NCBI RefSeq assembly: GCF_001194135.2
Contig: NC_068989.1
Span: forward strand, 59,327,047-59,377,736
Reading direction: 5' to 3'
Length of the DNA: 50,690 nucleotides
Source: Octopus bimaculoides
Taxonomy: Eukaryota
The notes beneath the pieces are model-generated. The model was not told where the DNA came from and searched no databases. It was given only the letters and a program-made list of their open reading frames with translations. This document shows, piece after piece, positions 39,501-50,690 of the stretch. Every line of letters starts with the position of its first letter. Position 1 is the first letter of the stretch. Both the position numbers and the translations under genes were made by a program.

Positions 39501-39886
39501 AGAACATACAAATATTTCTCAGAGCAGCAAGCTATTACAAAGCTTATCAACAAAGACATTTGAATTTATTATCATAAGCTCTATAGTTATCAGTTCCTCC
39601 CGGGTTGTTATATGACTCATAATGGTAACTATGTACAGAATTAGTTGAGAGACCTATTGAGAGTCAAGCCTTTAGCTTTCACTGTTGCTACTGATTATGA
39701 AAATGAAATAGTATACTTCTGTTGAAATGAGTTCAAATATTGAATCTAGGTTTTATTAGATAATTACTTCTTTGATCAATTATCCATCTAATTTTAAAAT
39801 TGACAGATGTATTGTTGTCCAGTTTCATGTCAGTATAATTCAGGAATTTTATATCTAGAAAATTTGATCTCAACAAAGAGAGATAT

Positions 39887-40140
39887 CATCATCCCCATTT
39901 CGCGTCCCATGAGCTGGCAAGTTGGTTCCAGTCTGATTTGGTATGGTTTCTATGCCTGAATTCCCTTCCTAATGCCATCCATTTTACAGTGTGTGCTGGG
40001 TGCGTTTTATATGGCACTAGCATAGGTGCTTTTTCCATGGCATTGGCATGGGTGTTTATTACGCAGACTGACAGAGGTGCTTTTTACATGGACCAGTACA
40101 GGTGCTTTTTATGTGAACTAGCACAAGGGAGCTTGCAAAG
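39887..40140 (-). mobile_element. Degenerate family D retroposon
   Basis: ccagtctgatttgg..ttcccttcctaatgcc parallels 32530-32595. Confidence 0.6.
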
Positions 40141-40207
40141 CAAAAACCTCTTCAGATGGGAGCAGTCTAATAATGAGACGTGTGTGAGTGTGTATTATGT
40201 GTATGTA

Positions 40208-40259
<52 letters not shown>

Positions 40260-40356
40260 GTATGTTTATGCAGGTGTGCATATGTATCTGGTATATAATA
40301 TATATATGTATGCATATATTATGTATGTACATATATATATATTTTTGTATGTATTT

Positions 40357-40944
40357 GGTCTGATCAATAAGTTTCCGGACTGTTGCCATGGTAATGAAGT
40401 TAAAGCACACAGTGAAGCCGCTTGGCACAGATTGACCTTGAATTCTGCTGTGCATGTGCACTAAGTTTTAATGTTCTAGCTCACTTCCACTGTTTATAGC
40501 AGTGCTTGGAAGGAACATATGTAGCATATGATCATCACATTGACTATGACTGGGAAGGTTGCGCAGAGAATCTGCATCAAACTTTGCAAAAAGCTTGGCG
40601 ATACCTGCTCAGAGGCCAATACAAAGTTTTCAAAAAGTTTTCATCATTCTTGGCACACTCGAGATCTTGTGCAACTGAAACCCGAGTGTTTCTTCGGTCA
40701 GCTGAAAGCAGTTTTGGCACAGACTTGGCAGACATGCATCTCATACCCAAATCTTCAGTGATAATGAACTGAACCGCAACTAATCTGCATATCCTCTGAT
40801 AACTCAAGGATGGTGATTCGACAATTTCCCTCACAGCTGCATGCAATGTTTTTCTCAGTTCTGCTGGTTGCAAGTCTATCTGAACCACTTGTACATTTGT
40901 GAGCAGCTCATACACTCCTCTCCATATACTTTCTGCAACCTTGT
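40357..40944 (+). mobile_element. Mariner relic with an internal inversion (40621-40944)
   Basis: TIR-like ggtctgatcaataagtttccggact. Plus strand encodes MTGKVAQRICIKLCKKLGDTCSEA from 40546. The continuation TRLQKVYGEECMSCSQMYKWF..ITEDLGMRCMSAKSVPKLL..NDENFLKTL is on the minus strand. Confidence 0.9.
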
Positions 40945-42151
40945 CATGTTTTGCAGGGTGGTGTTTCAATTTAGCTTACTTAGTAATTTTAACCCTATTG
41001 TGATTTGTAGAGTGGCTTTGGATTACTGATGTCACTTTTAGTAAAAAGTGAAATGTGTGCCTTGAGATGTCTACATCCAAATGAAAACATTAGGCCTTAA
41101 CTAATATTTCTTTTGCAAAGTGAGGGAATTCAGTTATTTAAAAAATGTCCTAGTCATTAAATATATCTTCACCAAATTAGCTGTCTAATTATGATGTGGA
41201 CTGTCTGAAAGAAGGCTAATTTAGCCATGTCACTGTTTACCTTCCCCATTCCAGCAAATGTACCCTTTAGTATAATTGATATTGCAAGTTACTTGCGAAG
41301 ACTAAGTAACAGAAAGATTGTTTTTTTCTGAAAAGCCTTCAAGATAACAAGAATACATCAAGAGAGAGTAAAACTTATTAGTATTCAAAAAGAAAAAGAA
41401 AATGTAGTATTCCTTTAGTTGCATGTGTGGATATTTTAGTTACTTAATGGTCTGGTAATTAAATTCACTTGTAATATATCTATGTAACAACAACTCATTT
41501 CCACATTAGAATTTGCCCTGCCTAAAAAGCAGTATTAAAGCAGGTATTGTCAAGTATCTGTATCATACAGCTGTGGTGGTTAAGTGGTCATTTCAAGGAA
41601 ATGACTCACCAAAGATAGTGTTTTGATGCTTTTTTTTTTTATGAAATCAAGTCATACCAAAAATATTTTGTAAAAAAAAAATACAAAAATGGCGATACTG
41701 GTTATCACCTCTATTTTATGAGTTTATCTCTGTAATCAATATTATTTGCAAGTGAGAAACTTTTCTGATGTTAAAAAAGAGCAACAGAAATTACCCTTAT
41801 TCTTTATTGGCCAACACCCAAGTGATAAGGTTGAACAATAATCATAACTAAATGCTATCTCAGCTGAAGAAAGTCAGACATCAGATTTAGTATAAAAACG
41901 TACAACACTCAATTGTTTCATTGGATTATGATTAAGGAAGTGTATTGTCAGCAATTGCATTTATATCTCATATCTTTAATGAGCAGATAACTATGAAGCA
42001 GGTAAAGCAGTAAAAGTCAATGGTTATAAAAAAAATGTTGCTCAATAAACTGAGACACCATTTAATTAATTTGTTATATTTCTTGAGAAATGTGATATAA
42101 AACCAAGAGAGAAAAGAAAAGTTAATTGCATATTCTTAAATATTGAAAGTG

Positions 42152-42303
42152 ACTGCAAGCTAGTGTACCTCTCTTGCAGGTTAGTGCAATCTCTTCAAGT
42201 TAGCCCTGTCTCTCTTGTAAATCAGCACAGCGTCTCTTTGTTTTTATTGCATGTTGGTGCAATCATTCTTGTAAGTCAGTGCAATCTTTCTTGCAAGTGG
42301 ACA
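42152..42303 (+). repeat. Degenerate ~20-bp minisatellite (ctcttgcaagtcagtgcaat-like)
   Basis: About 6-7 imperfect units. Confidence 0.6.
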
Positions 42304-42331
42304 CTGAATACAGTCACAACAGAATGTTTAA

Positions 42332-42545
42332 ACCTTTCGTTACCAACCTGGCTGAAACTGCCTCTGGTTCTGCGTCCAAATGTCTTGTTTTCATAAGTTT
42401 TGAATTAAAATCTTCCACCAAACCTTAGTCACAATTTATGTTCCTAACACTAGCTGAAAGATAACTAAGCTATTTTATTAAATTCTTTGTTATATTTAAA
42501 GTAATTGAAAGAAACACAGCATCTCAAAATACAGTAATGAAAGGG
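42332..42545. mobile_element. piggyBac-like MITE with TTAA TSD
   Basis: ttaa|acctttcgttacc ... cagtaatgaaaggg|ttaa; second copy at 34229. Confidence 0.85.
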
Positions 42546-42854
42546 TTAAGGTAAAATACCTATAATTGGTTACAGCTTCTTCTTGGTAATTTCAACATAT
42601 AAGTTAGCTTTTTATATTGAAACTGCTTCCATCGAAAGAGAGTTCAGTAAGTTTATGAGCTGAGAACTTCTTGTACTTCATTTGTTGAATCTAATTTTTA
42701 AAGAAATAATTCTATGTGAAACTAACGAAAAACTTTGACACAATAGCAATAAATTTATGAAGCTACACATTTTTACACAGATATAATAAAATGCACAAGC
42801 AGTTTCATTCCCTTCAAAATTGCTCTGAACCGTGGTTTGGACTTTCACAGTTTC

Positions 42855-44190
42855 TTCTATCATGTAGAAAAACAACTACATCCACTTTGTGTAGGTCCCT
42901 CAGGCTCCTTGGGAGAACATTAAAAAGGTATGGGTCCCTGAAACCTGTAATACTTCGACCGTGCGAACCAAAGGAGATGGCGACGTAGACGGTAAAGGCT
43001 ACTTTTTACCACGTCGCACGGTCGAACACAAAATACAAGATTATATATATAAGATAGAAGGCTCATCGTCAGATACGAGCCATGGTGCCAGTAATAAGAA
43101 CTTAGGACGAACTCAACCGTTAGATATATAATGAGAATAAATTTATTTACAAAGTGAAACTGTGTGTGCGTGCATGCGACATATAAAATTAAGACAGTAG
43201 ATAAATCAGGCCTTTGTGTACATGAGAAGGTATACAACAATGTGAAGTGACGGACAGTCGTATAAACAATAGTGTGTGTGAGAGGAACACAGAACATAGT
43301 GTCTGTAACATAGACTGTAAAAAATTTTAAAACACTGAGATAGAGAAAACCAGTTCGTATAAGAGTTACACAAGGAGATAGAATGTTCATACGCAGTAAG
43401 TTGTGGCCAAGGAGCAGAGCTGTAGTATCACACCATGTGTGTTGAGCGTCGAATGTTGCGACCTGTGTTACCTGATACGGAATATTCTCGCTGGTTAGTT
43501 CTGACTGTTGTTCGTGAGTGGAAACTCCACTCATACAGGGAAGATAAAACCGAGCTTGTTGATGTTGGTGTTGCTGGCGACGACAATGGTAGACAGTACA
43601 TTGGTGGTGAAGACGTCGGCGCTGGAACTGGCTGTAGCTGTGTTCTGTATGTGTGTGGTCAACGACCAGACCTGTGAGAGATCTAGAATCGAAGACAATT
43701 GCCGTCGTTGGATCGGCTTATTTATAGGCGAAAAAGGGCTCACCGGAAACCCAGTAAAACTCTCTATCACGTGACTTTACCCCAAAGCCACGATTGGACG
43801 GACGTAATGCCCTCTTAGCAAGCAGAACACGGGGACAATTGCCGTGCAAATAAGAACCAATCAGGATGATGGACAGAAGGGTCCAAGGTAGCCGAAAGCT
43901 ATATGTTAGCAGCTTCGTTATCATTTATGATTGAATGCCCGAGAGTGAAGTTTCACTACAAACCCAAGCTGTTGCGGTAACTGGTCTTGAAGCGCGATGG
44001 CATTGCTGGGATCTTTGGCACTGTCAACCTGTTCTGGCATTTGTGTAGCTTTCAATGCCAAATTACTACATACCTTCAGCCTTTCCCAGTAGCTGAGCTG
44101 TTGCAATGAGACTATCTTCTTTCTGAAGCTTCACAGGATTGTTTCAAGGTCCGCTGTTAGTTTTACACTGTTGGGTGACCGTAGCTGGGT
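42855..44190 (-). mobile_element. CR1-type LINE 3' relic split by an LTR insertion (44071-44190 and 42855-42945)
   Basis: Minus strand: QLRSPNSVKLTADLETIL*SFRKKIVSLQQLSYWERLK before the LTR, and GFRDPYLFNVLPRSLRDLHKVDV after it. Both are typical of the CR1 ORF2 C-terminus. Confidence 0.8.
42946..44070 (-). mobile_element. Solo LTR (~1125 bp)
   Basis: TGTAATA...TACTACA termini and a near-TSD aacc/tacc. On the minus strand: CCAAT (~43795), E-box (43767-43775), TATA cctataaataa (43718-43728) and AATAAA (43142-43147), in U3-R order. CpG-rich. Confidence 0.75.
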
Positions 44191-44397
44191 CTTATAAATT
44201 ATATTTCTTAATACAGAAAGTAAATAAGAAATTTTAACGGAAAATATTGTATGGGTTGAAGCAAAATTTGTCACTCAGTGAACCAAAGAGCCAGTATGGA
44301 AAGAACCAGAAAGAAACCGTCGACAACAGAAAAACACGAAACGGTATGGATTGAAGTGAAATTAATGAAGATACTTCTGTCAGTAAATTATGAAATT

Positions 44398-44602
44398 ACT
44401 TACATCAGTAATTGTGAACTTCTTTCTGTCAGTAATTTGTCGTTTGTTTGTAAATACCGATTCAAAAAATAACATGAAAGTGAATCAATGGCGTATGAAA
44501 ATTGAAAGTGAAAAGAATAGCGTCTGAAAAATGAAAGTGAAAACAAGATATATAGATACATAGAGAGATATGTTACGTCACTGACGGTAGAAAACCGGAA
44601 GT
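44398..44602 (-). promoter_or_regulatory. Candidate promoter or first exon in CpG-retaining sequence
   Basis: ETS ACCGGAAGT (44594-44602), CRE-like TTACGTCA (44573-44580), GAAAGTGAAA at 44504 and 44533 (plus one variant at 44476), and a minus-strand GTAAGT donor at 44403. Confidence 0.35.
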
Positions 44603-44796
44603 AAATATTTAAAAATCTTTGAAAGACGTGAATGTAATATAAAAAGCAAAAGTTTTTATTTTGAAAATATTTTTATAAAAATATCAAATGAAGTCCCTAT
44701 TATATGTCCAAGGTCAAATTATTCAAGCATCAGAAGTATGGAAGTAATTGGTGAAACCGTTTTTGCATTAAAAGTGAATACGCACACATCTCTATT

Positions 44797-44833
<37 letters not shown>

Positions 44834-47463
44834 TATATACATACACACATTCACATATACATGTGGCATTTAGAAGCAGCAAATATAGCATTACAATGTT
44901 AAAAAGCAGAAAGTTTAAATCTGATCAATGTATGTATAGCGTTCTATAACTATATCATAGATTCAAAACAGATGCTGTAATTCTCTTTTATTTAACTTTT
45001 ATGTCAATTACTTATTCTACTTTATCAAGTTCATATTTCAATACAAGCATTCTTCTTTACAATTACAGTTGAAAACCTACTTAAGATTTTGCTCCAGTCT
45101 TTGCTTGAAGGAATGGAGATTTGACATCATATAAAAGCAGTAATAATCCCCACTACCCTCACCCTCCCTCGAATCTGTTCTCTTCACCAAATGACTCATA
45201 TCTTTCTCTGGATACTTAAACTGTGTCAAAATTGTTTTCTATTTGTTGCAAGCCTATTCAGAAAATAAAGCATTCCATTATTTTTTAATGTAGATTTCTG
45301 TAAATTAAATATAAACTTACATAATTAATTATGTCACGCTCTTTGCTTGGTCTTAGTACAGCTATAGTTTAAACAGTATAAGATATCTGTATTTGAAATA
45401 TAAGATATCTGTTATTTATTTTAGGCTGACTAACATCTCAGTTTACCTGTTTCCACATTCTGTAAAATGGTCTTATTTTGCCCTAGTTCCCTTCTCACTC
45501 ATGTTCTTTCCTGCCTGTGTCGTGTTTCTTCTACATATTCTTCCTGTCTCACATTGTGCATTTCTTTCCCATGACCATGTTATATCACAACTTGAGTATT
45601 CTCTATCATCTGTCTGACCCTTTTTCTTCTCCCATTGCTATTTTTACATCAACTATTTCAGTGCTAGAACCAGCAATATGGTTTACCAAACTCTTGAACC
45701 AAGTCCTACACATTAGAAGTCCTACACATCTTTACTTTAACTAGAAAATAATCTATTTTATGGTAAGATTATGTGAAGTTAGTCAAGTTTCATATAACTG
45801 TAACATATATCTTCGATCTCAGAGCTATAATGTAGATCCCATTATATTCTATGCAGATTGATCTGCCATATAATTAGGCTTATGGTTATCAATGTTGCCA
45901 AATCATTAGGTTACCAGTTAATAATTAAACATTAGCTAAGTAACATATATCTATAACATATCTTTAATTTCAGTACTATGATATAGATTTCAATAATGTT
46001 ATTTGATGATCAATACAACCTTATATCAACTGAAGGTTAGCTAAGTAATATATATCTTCAATTTCAATTCTGTGATGTAGATTTCATAATGTTGCTTTAT
46101 GTTGCCATTTAGTTAGGCCACCATTCAACATTAATAGAAGCAAGCAGTGTTTTCTCTAAGACCTCATACAATAACTGGAGCAGTATAAAGAATTCTGATT
46201 CTTATGTTGACTGTTGTCTCTATGACTAGCAGGAATAATCTGTTATAAAGATGTTCCAAATTTAATCTTGTTCCGTAAATAAAAGATGATAGAATTTTTA
46301 AGTTTTTCTCTATTGATTTTCTATGAAATTCAGAGCCAGCACTGCAAGTTATGACATCTTGTATACAAATATGTCTGTGTAAACAATGTGATTGAAGATA
46401 GAAAAAAAATATAATGGGTGTATATGCATATTTCAAGAGTTATTGCTCTTTCATCCAACCTGTCGACTATCTATGAATACATTTCGTAAATACTTACTAA
46501 GCTTAGCAATGTAACACAACTGGATAGACCAATTTACATATTAAATATACTCTTGGTAACTGGTATATATGTAAGCAATTAAAAGATAGTTAGATATTAA
46601 ATGATATTGCTAATGTTGTTAAGTATGTTATATCAATTATTTCAGTTAGAATTAGGATAGAGTGATTGAAAATGTAGAACACTAGGTTAAATTCCTTTCA
46701 AATTTTAAATTCATTCTGAGTGCAGGTTTCATTATGGTCTTCATACTCTCTTGTTAGAGTTGGTGAGGCAACATAAAAGTACTGGAGGTCATTTTAGTTA
46801 GTTTAACATATTTTTAAAAAGTGTCCTAAAGATCACCATTCTGTTGGATTTTTTTGTCATATTGTGAATCCTGACAGAATAGCACAATAATATTCACTGT
46901 TCAATTAAGTCTTAAGCCATAAACATGAATCATGTTCCTGCTTTATTTGTATTTAGCATTTGGTATCATATCATACAAAGATGCATGTATTTGGAGTTCA
47001 TAAAATTCTTTAAATCTGTTCTATATGAAATAGATTTAAAAAGAACTGGATCAAGCGGTATAGCCATTGATTTCAGATGTCCTTCCTCAAGTAACATAGC
47101 TATCTTGTTTGGAAACTCTTAGTCTTTCTATTTCATGGAGAAATAAATTTGTAATTCAGAACTAAATCCTGCCAAATCAGGATAATTTATAATGCACAAT
47201 ACCAATGCTTTAAATTACCATTTTCTAAGTAAAAAAAAAAAAAAATTATGAGTGAAATTTTAAAATGTTAATACCTGCAAGGCCTCAAATGAATTCATAA
47301 AACAAATGGTCAGCTTTAGTTTCATGTGTTACTGAAATATGTTCACTTTGTAATTATCTAGTTATTAGCTGGATTCATGTGTGTGGTGCATTGGGTAAAT
47401 GACTAACTTCAGGTTGATCAATACTTTGTTCATAGAATTTAGTCGAAGTAAACTATGTAAGTG

Positions 47464-47498
<35 letters not shown>

Positions 47499-47507
47499 CC
47501 TTGTACA

Positions 47508-47720
47508 TCATATTTTCCATGTTGTCATGGGTTGAATGGTTTGACAGGATCCAATGGGTTGGAGGCTTACATCTTGCTCTAATGTCTTACTTTTGTCATG
47601 GATTCTATGCTGGAGGGCCTTCCCAACACTAACCACTTTACAGAGTGTACTGAGTGCATTTAATTGTGGTGACAGTGCAGTAGAGGTTACCTTAACATCA
47701 ACAATGCTAAAGAGCCTTCT
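47508..47720 (-). mobile_element. Degenerate family D retroposon
   Basis: catcatattttccatgttgtcatgggttg..ggccttcccaacactaaccactttacagagtgt parallels the 32443 copy. Confidence 0.55.
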
Positions 47721-48435
47721 TAAGCCCAGCATCGCAACTGAAGTCAATTACCAATCACTCATAGGGTGTACTGTGTGCTTTATCACAGTTCTCTGACTGT
47801 GTTTACAGCAGAGCTTATTTTTTAAAAAATTTGACAGAGATAGATAACTACTAAACTGACTGCGCTGTCACCACCAGATTCAATATGTTTGCTTAAAAAT
47901 CCTTGAAGGTAATAATGTTCAGTCTGGTCACATTCCATTGAAAGAATTAAAAGCAAAATAAAATAAACACTAAACTCTGACTAGTAACATTTTTAGAAGA
48001 TCTGACACCTAAATAGTAAACTTCGTTGTTTTAACCATCTTCATAGCAATAGAATAAAACCTTAGCAGTAGAGTTCAACTTCAAGAATTGTTTTGTAAAT
48101 CATTCAGCTATTTTGATGAACTTATATTAAAAACCATTGTTCTGATCAATCATAACTCTTACATATACAATGATGGTGTTCTTTCTGACTGCAAAGAATA
48201 TTTATGCTATCGATATTAATGGAGAACTGCAAGATGTGTTTGTGGTTATAAAACAGAACTTGGCATGGCAACATTTGGCAACGCACCAACTCAATCGAAG
48301 TCTGCAGCTCTGTCAGTATAGAATACTATTTATCTTCAAACCTAAAATGGAAACAGGAAAAATATATAAATGAAGAGTGTAATATTAATAATACCCATAT
48401 GTGTGAGAAAGAGTGTGTGTAGATATATATATATA

Positions 48436-48475
<40 letters not shown>

Positions 48476-48988
48476 TGCACACATTTTTTATTTGGTTTGC
48501 AAGATTCTTTATGTGAATTCATATGTTGAAGCAAATCTTGTCTAGGGAGGGTCATTATGCCAATAAAAATTCAAATAAACACATACACTGGTTCAATACC
48601 ACTTTATTTAACCAACTCACTCTTCAAGGTCTGCTTATACATTTTATTATTTAAATACGTGCATATATATATAAATCAACCTAGTCTAATTTTCATGTTT
48701 TATTATTTACAATTTTTACTAATTGTAAATAATAAAACGTGTAAATCAGACTAGGTTGGAATTTCATTCATTAATATATTCTATACACCAACTCATATGT
48801 GTGTCGCTTTATATTTGTAATATGTTGGTCTTTTAAAATAACCACACACTCAATCATGTTAGTTGAAATTCTAATGAGTTATTCTGACAAATTTTGAGTT
48901 TCAAACAAACTGGAAGTCTGGATTAATGAAGCGTTTGTTTTACTAATCTCCCTCAAGCCTATAAAGATCCACAGGAATAACTACATGG

Positions 48989-48989
48989 T

Positions 48990-49030
<41 letters not shown>
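48989..49030. repeat. (CA)n microsatellite
   Basis: Direct reading. Confidence 0.97.
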
Positions 49031-49033
<3 letters not shown>

Positions 49034-49324
49034 TATTGACTGTTTTTAAAGGGTAGTGCATAGATTAACATCATTTTGGTGTCCACTTTTTTATGCTTCC
49101 ATGGTTCAGATAGAATACATTGAGGCAGATTTTCTGTGACTCTCCTTACCTGTTTCAAAGCAAGGTAACATTTTCCTCACAGGGTAATGGTTTGCTTCCC
49201 AGGGAAGGTTAGACATTAAGGTTTTATGATTGTTTCACTCTTTTTATGACTATCAAATGATGCCAACATAAGGAGAGAAACACAAACACACACACACACA
49301 CACAACACACACACACACACACAC

Positions 49325-49450
49325 AGAGGCTTCTTTCAGCTTTTGTCTACCAAAACCACTCATAAGGCATAGACTATAGTACAAGACACTTCCCCAAAGA
49401 CCCATACAATGAGACTGAACTCAAAACTACATGGTCAGGAAACAAACTTC
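49325..49450 (-). mobile_element. Degenerate family A SINE fragment
   Basis: ggcttctttcag..gtctaccaa..actatagtacaagacacttcccc. Confidence 0.6.
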
Positions 49451-50623
49451 ATAACTGCAAAAAAAAGAAAAAAAAACATTTGCCTGACTTGTCAGAAAGT
49501 CATGAATGTCACACACTCGAGGTGCCATATAATTTGTCTTTCTGTTGAAATACATTCACCTGTCTGTTCTTTAAAAAATATTTTTCATCATAAGATCAAT
49601 AACAAGAAGAATCCACCTAATTTTCCCACACTCAGACTACATAAAGCTACAAGACGTCATTGCAAGAAATCGTGTTTTATAAAAGCAAAGCAGATGTTCT
49701 GCATAGAATTCGGATATCCTTTTCTATACGGCATTAGCAGCATCATAAAATGGTTATTGTCAAAAATCAACAACTTAAACATTTACTGCACTTCAAATAA
49801 CTTTAGTCTGTGTGACATTCATAACTTACTCAATACAAGGAAAATTTCTCCAATGAAAAATCACATTTGAAGCAAAAGGTATTAATTATTTTAACCACTT
49901 TGAGTTGATGGCAGATTGTCAATTATTTGCCTACATTCAATACTTGTAGAATATTGCTTCTCTTTCCATTATAACCTTGAATAAGGCTAGCATATTGACC
50001 ATGAAATAACATACTTTAGGGAATTTTTAGTTATTTAATGGAATAATATTGATTGTTAGCAGGAACAACTGACAGGCTTCCTTCTCTTCAGTTGTATCAC
50101 AAAAACTATGATCAGAAATTATACTTCAAACAAAACACTGGACTTTAGTGAAAGGTAGGGAGTTAAATGCTCCTCACAGTATTTAGATTCATCCATCTAC
50201 ATCCCAAGTTCAAATACTACTGGAGTCAACATTCATTTTTTTTTTTCCTTCCAAACTAGTTATTTTGATCTACAGAAGATTATTCAATTTAACCGCTCCC
50301 TTAAAATTGGTTACTGAATTAAATTAATATTGTGAGTTTCTGTGAATCAATGATTGATGGTATGTGTGAAAGAAGTATCAATGTATAATCAGTGTGATCA
50401 ATTCCTTTAAAATTAGCTTTAAATTTACAAAGCAAATTTTGGGTTTACTAAAACTTCATTATTGACAATTATATTTTTAATTCAACATATCTAAAAGACA
50501 GTTTACACACATGCTTGCATGCATGCACGCACACACACACACACACACACACTTGAAGCTGGTTTATTTGAACATAATCTCTTCTACTCTATTGAGTAAT
50601 ATTTCTGCTTAATCACATAAAAA

Positions 50624-50624
<1 letters not shown>

Positions 50625-50690
<66 letters not shown>
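50625..50690. repeat. (CT)n microsatellite running off the window end
   Basis: Direct reading. Confidence 0.97.

Noticed and set aside
43065-43090. CTGACGA on the minus strand in the LTR as a hammerhead core
   Set aside because: No stem II or GAAA follows; it sits in a simple ggctcgt/atgagcc hairpin.
42920-43534. 204-aa minus-strand ORF
   Set aside because: It lies within the solo LTR, has no recognisable domain and shows low-complexity T/V/L/Y bias.
48090-48320. Cys-containing frame (DCKEYLC..RTARCVCG) as an EGF-like exon
   Set aside because: It has an in-frame stop and no convincing splice sites; probably chance.
49409-49870. 153-aa ORF
   Set aside because: It begins in a SINE fragment and poly-A run, is AT-rich and has no recognisable homology.

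Overview
This is AT-rich, repeat-dense eukaryotic DNA, most likely from an octopus or other coleoid cephalopod (inferred from the SINE families and microsatellite load). It has two assembly gaps. I can support only one host coding segment: the first coding exon of a class I myosin (Myo1D/Myo1G-like, 21144-21241, + strand). I found no second exon, so the remaining ~29 kb appears to be intron. The rest is transposon debris: two mariner relics, a hAT relic, an internally deleted Gypsy provirus, a solo LTR nested in a CR1 relic, a Helitron-like array, MITEs and at least four short retroposon families. The most unusual structure is at 30162-31115: a ~358-bp tandem unit folded back into a ~850-bp palindrome, whose three decayed copies together give a type I hammerhead ribozyme consensus (retrozyme or Penelope-like). 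CpG content also drops sharply after ~23.4 kb, with a CpG-retaining, promoter-like island at 42.9-44.8 kb. All alignments and translations were done by eye.
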